Assembly: GCA_977017645.1 (NCBI GenBank)
Contig: OZ360241.1
Coordinates: 28,892,001-28,956,000, forward strand
From: Torpedo marmorata
Taxonomy: Eukaryota
Length of the DNA stretch: 64,000 bases
Direction of reading: 5' to 3'
The notes under the pieces were generated by a model, which was not told the origin of the DNA, searched no databases, and worked only from the letters and a program-made list of their open reading frames with translations. This document shows, in pieces, positions 1-13,330 of this stretch (positions are counted from its first letter, which is position 1; every line of letters begins with the position of its first letter). The translations under genes and the position numbers were made by a program.

Positions 1-174
1 GTTTACCACTTTTTTTTCTGTTTGACTGTTATAATATTGAGATTATATATGACAGTTTTATTTTTCTTATATAATGGTCTTTTTTCTGTATATTCCTTTT
101 TATATATTACTTTTGATGAATGGCTTTAACTTGTGTACTGTTTCTGTAAAATCCAAAAGAAATATTGAAAAAGA

Positions 175-323
175 AGAGAGAGTGGGATAGAGAGAGTGGG
201 ATAGAGAGAGTGGGATAGAGAGAGTGGGATAGAGAGAGTGGGATAGAGAGAGTGGGATAGAGAGAGTGGGATAGAGAGAGTGGGATAGAGAGAGAGGGAT
301 AGAGAGAGTGGGATAGAGAGAGT
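175..323 (+). repeat. 14-bp minisatellite (AGAGAGTGGGATAG)n, about 10 copies, at the 5' end of the CR1 element
   Basis: Tandem unit read directly. It explains the repetitive ORF 107..490. Confidence 0.95.
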
Positions 324-329
324 GTGGGT

Positions 330-1266
330 ATGGAGCCCAGGGCAGTGGAATGCTCCTCTTGTAGGATGTGGATTGTTAGGGAAGTCAGTAGTTTCCCTGA
401 TGACAACAAATGCAAGAAGTGCATCCAGCTGATGCTCCTGACAAGCCATGTTGAGCCTTTGGAGCAGGCGGTGGATAAACTCCGGAGCATTCGGGAGGCA
501 GAAGGTGTGATAGATAGGAGTTACAGGGACACTATTACACCTAGGAGGCAGGAAGAGGATAGTTGGGTTACAGTTAGGAGAGGGAGAGGGAGCAGGCAGG
601 CAGAGCAGGGCTCCCCAGGTGGGCGTCCCCCTGAAAAACAAGTATACAGTTTTGGATACTGTTGAGGGGGATGACCTACCGGGTACAAGCCATGGCAATC
701 AGGTCTCTGGCATGGAGACTGGTGCTGTGGCTTAGAAGGGAAGGGGGAAAAAGAGGCGAGCTGTAGTGATAGGGGATTCCATAGTTAGGAAGACAGATGA
801 GAGGTTTTGTGGAGGAGATCGTGAATCCCGGATGGTATGTTGCCTCCCTGGTGCCAGGGTACGGGATATCTCAGATCGAGTTTATGACATTCTTAGGTGG
901 GAGGATGATCAACCAGATGTCGTTGTCCATGAAGGGACCAATGACATAGGTAGGAAGGGAAAGGAGGTCCTACAAGGAGAGTTCAGGGAGTTAGGCGCTA
1001 GGTTGAAGAAGAGGACCTCCAAGGTAGTGATCTCAGGATTGCTTCCCATGCCACGTGCTGGAGAGGTTAGAAATAGGAAGATTAGGCAGCTTAACATGTG
1101 GCTGGAGACATGGTGTAGTAGGGAGGGCTTTAAGTTTCTAGATCACTGGGCTCTGTTCCAGGGAAGGTGGGATGTGTACCGATAGGATGGATTGCATCTG
1201 AACTGGAAGGGGATTAATATCCTTGCGGGTAGGTTTGTTAGTCTTGTCCCGATGAGTTTAAACTAG
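330..1266 (+). pseudogene. CR1 ORF1 remnant (zinc finger/coiled coil plus SGNH esterase)
   Basis: Motifs CSSCRMW..CKKC, IGDSIVR, CLPGARV, HEGTNDIG and DGLHLN, split by a frameshift and stops. Confidence 0.88.
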
Positions 1267-1369
1267 ATTTGCAGGGGGAGGGGAACCAGTATGTTAGAAC
1301 AGTAAGTGAGAAGGAGGAGGAAAAGGTCATGCGAGGACTGCATGTATAGACAGAAATCAAAGGTTTGTA

Positions 1370-4190
1370 CGTGATAGAAATTTTCTCAGGTGCATTTATT
1401 TTAATGCAAGGAGTATTGTTAGAAAGGCTGATGACCTCTGGGCATTGATTTACACGTGGGATTATGATATTATTGCTATTAGTGAGACTTGGTTGTAGGA
1501 GGGGCAGGACTGGCATCTTAATGTTCCGGGGTTCCGTTGCTTCAGACGTGATAGAGGGGGAGGGATGAAAGGGGGAGGACTGGCATTGCTAGTCATGGAA
1601 AATATCTCAGTTGTGCGAAGTCAGGACAGCCAGGAGGACTTGTCTACAGAGGTCATATGGGTGGAGTTGAGGAACGGGAAAGGTGTGACCACACTGATAG
1701 GGTTGTATTATTGACCGCCCAATAGTCAGAGAGAATTGGAGGAGCAAATCTGTAGAGAGTTAGCAGACTGACGTAAGAAGCAGAATATTGTGATAGTAGG
1801 AGATTTTAACTTCCCAAATATTGACTGGGACTCCCATACTTTAAAAGGGCTGGATGGTATGGAGTTTGTGAAATGTGTTCAGGAAAGTTTTCTAAATCAA
1901 TATATAGATGTACCAACGAGAGAGGATGCAACACTTGATATCCTATTAGGGAACAAAACAGGTCAGGTGACAGATGTATGTGTAGGTGAACATTTTGGGT
2001 CCAGTGACCATATTGTCATTAGCTTCAAGTTAATTATGGAAAAGGATAAGTCTGGTCCTCATGTTGGGATTCTAAATTGGAGGAAGGCAAATTTTGTGGA
2101 AATGAGAAAGGATCTAGGAAGAGTGGGTTGGGATATGTTGTTTTCTGGCAAGGGTGTGTTAAGTAAGTGGATGGCCTTCAAGGGCGAAATCGTGAGAGTG
2201 CAGAGTTTGCATGTTCCTGTTAGGATTAAAGGCAAAGTTAACAGGCATAGGGAACCCTGGTTTTCAAGGGATATTCGCGATCTGGTGAAGAGGAAGAGGG
2301 AGATGTATAGCAAGTATAGGCAGCAAGGAGCTAATGAGGTATTTGAAGAGTACAGAAAAAGCAAGAAAATACTCAAGAAAGTAATCAGGAAGGCAAAAAG
2401 AAGACATGAGGTTGCTCTGGCAGATAATGTGAAGGTAAACCCGAAGGGTTTCTGTAATTATATTAAGAGTAAAAGGATAGTAAGGGACAAAATTGGTCCC
2501 TTAGAGGATCAGAATAGTCAACTATGTGTGGAGCCTCACGTAATGGGGGAGATCTTAAACAGTTTTTTTGCATCAGTATTTACACAGGAAACTGGCATAG
2601 TGCATAAGGAAGGAAGGGAAACAAACAGAGGGTCATGGAACATGTGGAGATTAAGGAGGAAGAGGTGCTTGTTGCCTTACAGCGAATAAAGGTAGATAAA
2701 TCACCCGGGCTGGATATGATATTCCTTCGGACCTTGAGGGAGACGAGTGTAGAAATTACAGGGGCCCTGGCTAATATATTCAAAATGTCCTTAGCCACGG
2801 GTGAGGTGCAGAGGATTGGAGGGTAGCTCATGTTGTCCCGTTGTTTAAAAAAGGCTCCAAAAATAAACCAGGTAATTATAGGCCAGTGAGCCTGACATCA
2901 GTAGTGGGTAAATTATTGGAAGGAGTTCTAAGAGACAGGATATATAGGTATTTGGACAGCTATGGGCTGATTAACGACAGTCAGCATGGCTTTGTGCGTG
3001 GTAGGTCGTGTTAATGAATCTTGTAGAGTTTTTCGAGGAGGTTACCAAGAAGGTAGATGAAGGAATGGATGTGGATGTTGTCTGCATGGACTTTTGTAAA
3101 GCCTTTGACAAGGTCCCACATGGGAGGTTAGTTCTGAAGGTTATGACACTAGGTATCCATGGAGAGGTTGTAAACTGGATTTGTAATTGGCAGTGTGGGA
3201 GAAAACAGAGAGTGGTAGTGGATGGTTGCTTCTCAGACTGGAGGCCTGTGACTAGTGGTGTGCCTCAGGGATCCGTGTTGTCACCATTGTTGTTTGTTGT
3301 ATATATCAATGATCTGGATGATAATGTGGTAAATTGGATCAGCAAGTTTGCTGATGACACAAAGATAGGAGGTGTTGTGGACAGCGATGAAGATTTTCAA
3401 AGCTTGCAGAGGGATCTGGAGCAACTGGGAAAATGGGCCAAAAAATGGCAGATAGAGTTTAATGCAGACAAGTGTGAGGTGATGCATTTTGGAAGGGTAA
3501 ACCAAGGTAGTACATACACACTAAATGGTAGGGCATTGAGGAGTGCGGAGGAGCAGAGAGATTTGGGAATACAGATACATTGTTCCCTGAAGGTGGCGTC
3601 ACAGATGGACAGGGTTATAAAGAAAGCTTTAGGCATCTTAGCCTTTATAAATCAAAGTATTTAGTATAGGAGTTGGGATGTTATGTTGAAGTTGTTTAAG
3701 ACATTGGTGAGGCTAAATTTGGAATATTGTGTGCAGTTCTGGGCGCCTAACTACAGGAACGATATCAATAAGAATGAAAGAGTGCAGAGAAGATTTACTA
3801 GGATGTTGCCGGGTCTTCAGCAGCTGAGTTACAGGGAAAGGTTAAACAGGTTAGGACTTTATTCCTTGGAGCGAAGAAGTATGAGGGGAGATTTGATAGA
3901 GGTTTACAAGATTATGAGAGGTATAGACAGAGTGGATGTGAGTAGGCTTTTTCCACTTCGATTTGGGGGGATAAATACGAGAGGTCATCATTTTAAGCTG
4001 AAAGGGGAAAGGTTTAGGGTGAACATTAGGGGGAAGTTCTTCACTCAGAGTGGTGGGAGTGTGGAATGAGCTGCCATCTGATGTGGTAAATGCGGGCTCT
4101 ATCTTGTGTTTTAAGAATAAATTGGATAGATACATGGATGGGAGAGGTCTGGAGGGTTATGGAATGGGAGCAGGTCAGTGGGACTAGCGA
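1370..4190 (+). pseudogene. CR1 ORF2 remnant (endonuclease-reverse transcriptase)
   Basis: Motifs VGDFNFP, SSDH, KSPGLD, DFCKAFDKV, GVPQGSVL, KFADDTK, EYCVQFW and LYSLERR appear across ORFs 1790..2689, 2635..2826, 3008..3664 and 3683..4069. Confidence 0.92.
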
Positions 4191-4512
4191 GATGATGGTT
4201 GGCACAGGCTAGAGAGGCTGAATGGCCTGTTTTCTGTGCTGTAGCGTTCTATGGTTCAATGGTGCTATCTTCCTTAATTTTTTTTTATATATAGGCAAAT
4301 AATTGTACTCTAATCATTTTGTCAAATCTTTTGGCATAATGATGCCCAAATACTTAACAGACTCTGTTTGCCATGCCCAGAGATATCTACTTTCAATTTC
4401 TCTTGGGGGGCTCTAATTATATGAGAGTAATTGGGTTTTATCGATGTTAATCTTGTATCCTGATAATTGACCATATCGTTCAAAAATCCTTGCCTTTCCA
4501 AATACAAGTTTG

Positions 4513-4742
4513 TTTAAATTTTAAATTTAGACATACAGCAGGGTAACAGGTTATTTCGGCCCACGAGCCTGTTCCACCCAACACCCCCGGTAGGTTTTGA
4601 ACAGTGTGAGGAAACCAGAGCACCCGGGGAAAACCAACACAGACACAGAGAGAACGTACAAACTCCTTACAGACAGCGCGGGATTCGAATCCCGGTCTCG
4701 ATCGCAGGCGCTGTAACAGCGTTGCGCTAACCATTACGCTAA
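4513..4742 (-). mobile_element. tRNA-derived V-SINE (HE1-like)
   Basis: The minus strand has an A box (TAGCGTAATGG), a B box (GATTCGAATCC) and a V-domain-like GTTCTC..GGTTT..CCGGGTGCTCTGGTTTCCTC. Homologous copies occur at about 7480-7620, 14205-14300, 25911-26170 and 40350-40640. Confidence 0.85.
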
Positions 4743-5381
4743 ACTTGTTCTGACTCTCAGTTTCCCCTCCAGTACTTTTTCCACTGCTGATGTGAAACTT
4801 TCCGGTCTGTAGCTCCCTGGATTTTTCTGGAAGATCTTTGTGAATGGAGGTGCAATATTAACCATCCTCCAATCTTCCAGTACTTCACCCTTGGCTAACA
4901 AAAATACAAGATTCTTGCCAGAGACCCAGCAATCTCCTCCCGTGCTTCACACAATGTTCCACAACCTCCTTAGCATTTCACATTTACTCTCACTTGGAAC
5001 TTTCTGTTCTGTGATGCAATCTCAAAGCCGAGCATATTCTGCACGCTGTTCTGACTATCGAGTCAATTCACCCTCCTCCCGAGATCTCCTCCATCACAGT
5101 AGGCAGTCTTCAGTCAATGCAGTGCACCCCACCTGACATCAAGAGGCAGGTGAGATCATTGGGGACAGTGGAGTCTCTGGGACCAGACTATATCCCAGCT
5201 GTAGTACTGAAGGCCAGTGTTCCAGATCCCGCTGTGCCTTGAATCAATCCATTCCAGGACATGTCCAACAGCTCAGTCAACCTGACAATGTGGGAAGTTG
5301 CTCAGGTTCGTTCTGTTCAACAAATATAGGAGAAATCCAATCCAATGAATAACTGCCCAATCAGTCAATTCTCAATCATCA

Positions 5382-5900
5382 TTTGCATTGCTATTACATG
5401 AAAGTCAGATGTAGATTTAGGGTTAGAGAGATGGCATGCAGAACTTCGTTCAGCTATAACACTTGAAAAAATTACTTATAATTTATGTAACAAATATCAT
5501 TTCTTTTTGAAAATATGGAGCCCATATATAAAAACTGTCGAAGGATTTGAAGATCTCTGGATATCAGATCTGACTGGCGAACCTGTGTTCCACAATAAAA
5601 TTAGCTTATAGTTGTTTTTTTTTAGATTNNNNNNNNNNNNNNNNNNNNNNNNNNNNNNNNNNNNNNNNNNNNNNNNNNNNNNNNNNNNNNNNNNNNNNNN
5701 NNNNNNNNNNNNNNNNNNNNNNNNNNNNNNNNNNNNNNNNNNNNNNNNNNNNNNNNNNNNNNNNNNNNNNNNNNNNGAGGGTTAGGGAGGGGAGTGAGGG
5801 AGGGGGTTGAAAATATATCACATGTAATTTGATAATTTTGCATTTTATAATATGTATTATCGAGTGATTTAAAATTTTCAATAAAATATTTAAAAAAAAA
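5382..5900 (+). mobile_element. 5'-truncated L1-type LINE 3' end (spans an assembly gap)
   Basis: Matches the 3' end of the 59688-62263 element (CIAITWKSD..LERWHAELRS). It has a polyA tail and TSD TCTCAATCATCA at 5370-5381 and 5902-5913. Confidence 0.85.
5629..5776. other. Assembly gap (N run)
   Basis: Run of n characters. Confidence 1.
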
Positions 5901-7759
5901 CTCTCAATCATCAAAGGTGGAAGGGTCATCTACAAAGGTATCAAGTGGGACTTATGCAGCAAAATTCCAATAATTAATGGCTTACTTGTATTTCTGCAGG
6001 AACATAAATATAAAGATATATAAACTTAGACGAGGCATGTAGCTAGCTGTACTCAAGAGTGTTTGTTGCTCCAGCATGCTGTTCCAATTCAGTTATAATT
6101 CTGGCATCTGGCTGACATTGTAGAACATTGCGCAGGTATGTCTCATTCACAAAAATAAGGAAATATTAATTCCAGTTCATTACCATTCAATTAACAGTAC
6201 AGTGACACTTCCTCAGCAAACAATGTCCAGGTTCGATTTCGCCACGATCACCTCCTTCAGACCTCATCCAAACCTTCGTCACAACATGGATCAAACAGCG
6301 GTATTTCAGACCAAATCAGAACAATCAAGTTATTTATTCAGAAATCAATTCCATGATGACCAGACACGAGATGCAAAAATCATGATCAGCATCATGACGA
6401 GACTTTTGGGAATAAAATATTCTCAGTGAGGAAGACAATTCTTCAAATTACTTCTAACTGCCCGGAACTAGAAGTCAGGATCAAACACATTTAATAAAGG
6501 AATCTCATACCTGGAACTAGATACCCAAACAGTAAAGTGCATTAAGCAGACTGCCAAAAAAAAAAAGTTATTATGAAATTCAGGTCACTATTTCTTCGAA
6601 ATTTAATTCAGATAACAAGTTCAAATTTATTATCCTCTGACTACTGTACATATACAAGCAGAAGAAAGAGCATTTCTCCGGACCATGATCCACACATATG
6701 CACGCAACACACAGCATATAATAATCATATATAGATGCTGTGTAATGGATGCAAAGGGTCCTCAATAATTCTTTGAGGCCTATTTAACCAATGGACCTGG
6801 TGAACATCGTCAACAAATGAAAGGGAGAGTCGAGTGATCTTCTCGGCCATTTTGATGATCCCCTGTATTCTCTTCTGTTCTGATGCTTTACAGCTACCAT
6901 GACACACAATGATGCAGCCAGGCTTGTGCTCCTGTGAAATATTGATGGGAGCTGGTGCTTCTGTCCTCCTCAACCTCGATTGGAAGTGTAAGCGCTCCTG
7001 CACCTTCCTAACACAAAAGAAATAGAAAAGAAAGGGAAGCAGAAAAACGTGTTTAAAAAGAATAAAGGAACAAAATCCCTGCTTGAGTTTTGTTTTATTA
7101 AGAACCTTGGTGAATGATGGAAAAACAATAAAATATTTAAGATCTACAGTCAAATAAATCTTGACCATTCATGGTAAATAATAAATTGGGAATATGTCAG
7201 CAGAAGCTGACAGTCCTCTCCTTTACACAGAATAACCACACATTGACAATAATACCTAAAATATGAAGTCCTGAAGCTTATTTTCCCTCAGTCTGATCCA
7301 TCAGCATTAACCCCACTTTTCACTTTATCCATCCCTCCATCTTTGTGTAAATCAAACTGAACTCAAATGTTGAAATTTCTGTAACATTTTAAATTCATAG
7401 ATCATTCATACACTTTATTCTCAAGGGTGAAACAGACAGAGCAGTTTCAAACCAAATCATAAACATTTCAAAGCGACTTTTAAATTTAAATTTAGACATA
7501 CAGCACAGTAACAGGCCATTTCGTCCCACGAGTCTGTGCCGCCCAATTTACACCAAATTAATCTACACCCCCGGTACGTTTTGAACGATGGGAGGAAACC
7601 AGAGATCCCAGGGAAAACCCTTTTAAACATTCAGGTTTTAAAACAATGGAATGATAGAAGATATTGATCACCCAAACTCAAGTATTCAAACACCCTCACA
7701 TCAGCCAGATCTTCACCCAAGCTCTCACCTTCCCCAGGTCCTCATTATTTTCCCACATG

Positions 7760-8159
7760 CACTGATGTTGCTGATGCACAGACCAGGCTGATTCACATAT
7801 TTCAAAAAATAGGGATGTGAGGAATTTTTATCAAATGCAGGAATAGACTTTTATCAAATGCAGGAACAAAGATAACACCATGCGAATCAATACAAGCTGA
7901 GGTCAGATTAACTTTGAGTGGGTGTAAAGTCAATGATATTGCATTGAAATAAGTTGATGACATTCTGCATCTCCCTTCATTTGTCCATTCCTTTGATTTC
8001 AGTGGAAAGGAATCTGTATTCCCAATCCATGTCAAATGTCATGGGTGAACTCAATGTGACCCTTTTAAACCATTAGCCCTGATGAACATTCCCTCCCCGA
8101 AAATTCAGTGAAAAACACAGTGGGGTGAAGTTAATCAGGCAACCAACGTGGCTGAACAT
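7760..8159 (-). pseudogene. Putative relic Ig-like leader exon, intron and stub of exon 2
   Basis: The ATG at 8159 gives MFSHVGCLINFTPLCFSLNF (signal-peptide-like). About 320 bp downstream is GCATCAGCAACATCAGT, homologous to the start of the V-like relics at 17.1 kb and 42.6 kb. The body is deleted and there is no RSS. Confidence 0.3.
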
Positions 8160-10009
8160 CTGAAGCAATTTCTGTTCTGACAGCTCAAAGAGAGAACCAG
8201 AGATAATGCCCCTTTAAACAGTCAAGTGCCTGTTCGTTATTGAAGTATCAGCTTAGATAGAACAGAACCTCTGATATTTGGTTAATGTGGTATGATATGC
8301 TGATCCAAACGTTTTGCCTCAGTTCTGGACAGCCTCTCTCCTTAAAATAACAGTTTATTTCCTGCTGGGGCCACAGATCTTTGTTATTTTCACACCCAGG
8401 TGGCGATGTTTGGACGAATGCCAAATGTCTTCTTTAAAGTAGCAAAGCAATTTTTATTTACAAAATTGGAGCATTAAAAAAGCTCACTTCTCCCAAATTA
8501 ACACAATTCAATAACGTTCAATGTACCATGGATTAGGACACAGTCCTCTTCCATTTATAATATAGCCCAGCTTGACAATGAAATCGGAAATTTTGAAATA
8601 TTGTAAACTGATTGGCGCAGTACCAACTGTCTGCAGCCTTACTTCAATCCTGTTTGTGCATTGAAATGAGTGCATTTGTCTTTCAATGTCCCAATTCTGT
8701 TTGAAATATCACATACTCCTGATAGATTTTATCCACACGTAGAAATGGTGGCCTCAAATTGAAAAATAACTGTCAGATGGCATTGGTGCCTCGGTACATC
8801 TATATCGTCAGTTTATGTGGAGTGAATCAGTTTGATTTGCAGTTGAAACTTTGGAAAACACACAATGCAATGTTTTCAAAACAGTAACTGAAGGGGTCAC
8901 TTACATTTTGCATCAATCTTCATCTTAAATATACTGTAGTGAGGATTTTTACGAGAGCATATTGTTTTGGGTGGTTTCTCTTGTGAAAAGTGACTAACGA
9001 TGGGACATATCTTGTGTCTCATTGTCATCATGTTTAAAAGGATTCACAACAAATGAGAGTATCACATGGGAATGATTTTGGATCTGAGAGCAATATAACA
9101 GTCATTTAATGGGGTTGGCCCTACCACTTAAATACAGTGACTGCTCAGACCAGAAACAAACCAGGGGAATATGGACAACTATTCAACTAATTAAAACTCC
9201 AAATAGATGTCTTTTTTTAAATTGAAGAGAGTTACAAGCATCAGTGTCACTGTTCCAATATTACAATTTAACACTAATGAGCAAGAAGCAGGGATACTTC
9301 TAATCAGAACCTGAGGATTTATGTTCTTATTTTTGCTCCAAATCATCCAGCATCTGAATGGTAACATGCTCCAGAATATCCCTTCCAGCATCTCTCCTTC
9401 CTCAGAAGCCTGAGGAAATTTGGCATGTTACAACTTCCACAGGTACACCACCCAAAGTATCCTGTCAGGGTTCATCACTGTGTGGTTTGGGAACAGCTCC
9501 GCCCAAGACCACGAGAAACTGGAGAGCATTGTGATCGCAGCTGAGTCCATCACTCATACCCTCCATCCCTCCATCAAATAGAGAGACAAGTTGAAGTTCA
9601 CATTCAAGTTTAATGACACATGTACCAAGAAGAAGTAATAATGTTTGTTTTGAAAGGAGTTCAGCTGGACATCTCGTACATAGTACAGCAAATAAGACAC
9701 GGTACAGAAGGGCAGAGGTACAGAGAGAGATCACTCGAAACAAAGCAAAGGCAACAGAATTTTACTATTGTTGAAGTTCAGTCAGGAGTCCGCTATCAGC
9801 AGGAAAGAAAATGTCCTTGAACCTCTTGGAGTGTGACGTCACACTTCCAAGGAAGAGGGAGACATAAATGAAATGAAGCCAACATACTAAAAGACTCATC
9901 CCACCCCGGACACACTCTCTTCACCCCTCTCCTGTTATGAAGGAATTTCACGAGTGTAAGATCCCAGCCTTTCCAGGTGCAAATCAATCCAGTCACTTTG
10001 AATATTTCC

Positions 10010-10520
10010 AATTCGCTGATGTAAGACTCACTGGCTAATCAGGGTGAACATCCTTGAATCATGGAACCACCTCTGCTATCCTCCAGATATATGATAGCTG
10101 ATCTCAGGCTGTCAAAGTTCAAAAGTTCTGTCAGGATCCCATAATCTCCTCCCTCGCCTCCCCAAGTAGCCTGGGATAATTCTCATCAGGCCCTGAGGAT
10201 TTATATCCTTATCTTTGCTCCAAATCATCCAGCATCTGAATGGTAACATGTCCAGAATATCACCTTTCCTCTCCCTGAACTTTTCACTGACAATGTCCCT
10301 CTCCCTTGTGAATACAGATGAGAAGTATTCATTTAAAACCTCACCCACATCCCTTGGCTCCATGCACACATTCCCTGTTTGGTCCCTCAAGGGACGGATG
10401 CTTTCCCAGATTACCCTCTTGCTCTTAAAATATTTATAAATAGCTTTGGGATTCTCCTGAACCTTATCTTCTAGTGATATTTCATGGCCCCCTCTTTGCC
10501 CTCCTCATTTCTATTTTACA
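10010..10520 (-). mobile_element. CR1 ORF2 fragment
   Basis: ORF 10112..10390 RDQTGNVCMEPRDVGEVLNEYFSSVFTRE is homologous to the CR1 ORF2 at about 2500-2590. A paralog lies at about 26620-27090. Confidence 0.8.
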
Positions 10521-10637
10521 TTCCCTCTGTGTTACATTCCGGAATTTGTCTGGTTCCAGAGACTCTGCTACACCCAGTGACCTCAGCTCTTTCTTGATAT
10601 CAGGTGGGGTGGATTGAATCGAATGAAGACTGTTTTC

Positions 10638-11236
10638 TTTTTAAAAATTTTTTTTTTTTTAATTTATTTTTCATTATCAGAAATTTTCAGAAAACATTAA
10701 TAAACAATCACGAATATACACAAATTTCAAAAGTATCAATACATTACACCCCTCAAACCTCCCTTCCCCACCCAAAAAGAATAAAAGTGAGACAAAAATG
10801 AAAGAAAAAGAAAAAAATAAAAGAAAACTAAACGTACCGTCAGCGCTTACAACTTTTGTCCAAGTATTTGGGGATCCCACACCTTTAAAATAATTATACC
10901 TTACAGTATACCATACCTCAGGGGTTTGATTACAACTGAGCACCAATGTGCTCCAAGTACGGTTGCCACACTTCAACAAAGTTATCATACTTATTTCTAA
11001 GTCTATATGTAATTTATTCCATGGGGATACAGCTGTACATTTCCGTAGACCATCGAGTGATGAGAAGGGGGGAGTCGGACTTCCAAGTAACTGCGATCGT
11101 TTTTTTGCTACGGACAGAACAACTTTTACAAATTGAATTTGGAATTTAGATAATCTGTTGCTTACGTCCTTGAGGTTTCCTAAAAGATACAACTCCGGGT
11201 CTAGTGGGAAGGCTACTCCCGTGATCCAAGTTAGTG
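10638..11236 (-). mobile_element. 5'-truncated L1-type LINE 3' end
   Basis: Poly-T at the left end, ORF motif FPLDPELYLLG..FVKVVLSVAKK, and TSD TGAAGACTG(T/C)TTTC at 10624-10637 and 11237-11250. Confidence 0.8.
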
Positions 11237-11379
11237 TGAAGACTGCTTTCTGTGATGGAGGGGATCTTGGGAGGAGGTTGTGATGATCACTCACTCAGCA
11301 CTTCTGGCTGAACATTGTTGTGAACATTACAACCTTGTTTTTAGTCACTCATCTCCAGGGCCCCACCATTGCTAAGGAT

Positions 11380-12370
11380 AGGGTTAAACAGGAAAGTCTG
11401 CAGATGCTGTTATTGTAGTTTAATACACAAAAATGGTGGACAAACTCAGCATGTCATGCAGCATCCATACGAAGCAAACATATATAACCAACCTTTTGGG
11501 CCTGAGCCCTTCATCAAGGTGTGAGATAAAAGCAGGTAGGCGCAGTGGCGTCACTAGGGTTGGTGTCACCCAGTGCGGTAACTCATGGTGTAACCACCCC
11601 CACCCCCCCGCCCTTGGACCTCCTCCCGTACCAGACCATACAGAATCTTCAGTAATGTTTTTTGTACTAATGTTACTCGTAAATCGTAATTCCTGTGTAT
11701 CACTGAATATAATGGCAATAGTAGTGAGATAAACAACTGCCGAAATTAAAATGACACCTTTAAAAAAAAATCATACGCACAGTAGCAATGAAAAAAACAG
11801 CGCGTGCTTGTAGCACGTGCAGACTAAACCACGTGATTCGAAGCATCATTGTAATTGGGTAATAATGACAGCTCTGACCGGAGCGCATTAGAATGTTCAA
11901 AAAGTAAATTAGCACAGAGTTTTAGCCTTGTAGGTTATATTGATACATGTCAGCAGGGCTTACGAAAAATGTTTTTGTTGTTATAACTAACTGCAGGGAT
12001 ATTTTTACAAAAAATAATAAATTTCTGTTGAAACACTGCACAAAAGTCTTATAGACATCATTTTGGTGTCACCCCATCTGATGGTGTCACCCGGTATGGC
12101 CCGCACCCCCCCTAGTGACGCCAGTGGGTAGGCACCTGAATAGAAAGGTGGGGGGAGGAGGGATGAAGGGGCAGGGGGAGGAGCACAGGCCAACAGGCAA
12201 GAGGTCATAGGTGGATATAGGTGGGCGGGGAGAAGAGAAAAATCTGAGAAATGATAGGGGGTGTGGGTAGCTCTCCAAAGGGACGGAGTTGGGGAGCTGG
12301 AAGAAAGGAAACAGAGGGATCAGGAAAGATGGCACCATCCAACCAGATCGCATTAACATCGGCTTTTTCG
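11380..12370 (-). mobile_element. Penelope-like terminal fragment interrupted by a hAT MITE
   Basis: Reverse complement of the 21771-22210 and 25280-25716 termini, including CTTGATGAAGGGCTCAGGCCC. Confidence 0.75.
11543..12126. mobile_element. Non-autonomous hAT-type DNA transposon (MITE)
   Basis: 17-bp TIRs CAGTGGCGTCACTAGGG / CCCTAGTGACGCCAGTG (1 mismatch). 8-bp TSD GGTAGGCG/GGTAGGCA at 11535-11542 and 12127-12134. Subterminal TGGTGTCACCC repeats. Confidence 0.88.
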
Positions 12371-12719
12371 GTTTCCATTATGCCCCTCTCCTGTCTTTCT
12401 CTTTTTCCCAATGGAAATGGTACATGGATAGGAATTGTTTAGAGGGGTGTGGGCTTAACATAAAAAATGGGTCTGGGTTGGTCAACATGGACAAATTGGG
12501 ATGAAGTGTCTTTTTCCGTGCTGCAGAATTATTTGACTCTAATCACACGATGTGGTTGACTACAGAGTTTCGATCTGTTTGTGAGGACCCGTCACTCTGT
12601 CTGCTCCGTGCTGAGTTTACTATTCAATATGCATTCAACTCTGTGCTGTCGATTCACGAAGATGGCATCTCGTGTTCAAGTACATTCGGTGCTGCTCCCA
12701 GCATGACTTTGCAAATATT

Positions 12720-13330
12720 CAAACACCCTCACATCAGCCAGATCCGCACCAGCACCCAAGCTTCTTCACTGACCTCACCTTCCCCACCTCCTCGTGCTTT
12801 CCCCACATGGACTGATGCTGCTGATGCACAGACCAGGCTGATTCACAGATTTCAGAAACTGGGGGGAGAGGAATGGGGGAGGTGATTTTCATCAGATGCA
12901 GGAACAATGATAACACCATGCTAATCATTGAAAGCTGGGGTCAGATTAACTGTGGGTGGGTGTAAAGTGCATGAAATTGTATTGAATAAAGTGGACAACA
13001 TTCAATATCTCCCTTCATTTGTTAATTCCTTTTAATTTAGAAGAAAAGAAAAGAAGCTTTAGCAAATGTTATGGGGTGAACTCAATGAGACCCATTTAAA
13101 CCATCAGACCTGGTGAACATTCCCTCCTCCAAAATTCATTGCAAAAATCAGTGGGGTGAAGTTAATCAGGCAACCAACATGGAGCTCAAAGAGAACAACA
13201 GAGATAATGTCCCTTTAAACAGTCGAGTGCCTGATCGTTATTAAAGTAACATCTCAGGTGGAACAGGACCTCTGATATTTGGGTAATGCGGTATGAAATG
13301 CTGATCCAGATTTTTTGTCTCAGTTCAGAG
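12720..13330 (-). repeat. Partial third copy of the leader-like/V-stub unit
   Basis: Colinear with 7690-8330. The minus strand reads HVGCLINFTPLIFAMNF and carries GCATCAGCAGCATCAGTCC. Confidence 0.75.

Larger units (their letters stand above)
324..4263 (+). mobile_element. Near full-length, degenerate CR1-clade LINE
   Basis: ORF1 (CxxC..CxxC, esterase) is followed by ORF2 (APE endonuclease and RT). The 3' tail TTCTATGGTTCAATGG lies at about 4247-4262. Several stops and frameshifts. Confidence 0.93.
5000..9260 (+). repeat. Ancient segmental duplication, copy A (paralogous to about 13500-19160; partial third copy at 12720-13330)
   Basis: Colinear diverged matches: 5080-5210/13530-13640, 6140-6620/13740-15325, 7020-7490/15330-15920, 7760-8330/17140-18200 and 8310-9260/18190-19160. 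Confidence 0.8.

Noticed and set aside
175-323. CRISPR-like array
   Set aside because: The repeats are contiguous with no unique spacers, and the context is eukaryotic.
107-698. Minus-strand ORFs with repeated LSIPLSLSHSLYPT
   Set aside because: They are the antisense reading of the 14-bp minisatellite and CR1 ORF1.
4680-4742. tRNA gene
   Set aside because: The A/B boxes belong to a multi-copy SINE head and no full cloverleaf is evident.
5381-5388. Perfect octamer ATTTGCAT
   Set aside because: It is created at an L1 insertion junction, with no leader or V downstream.
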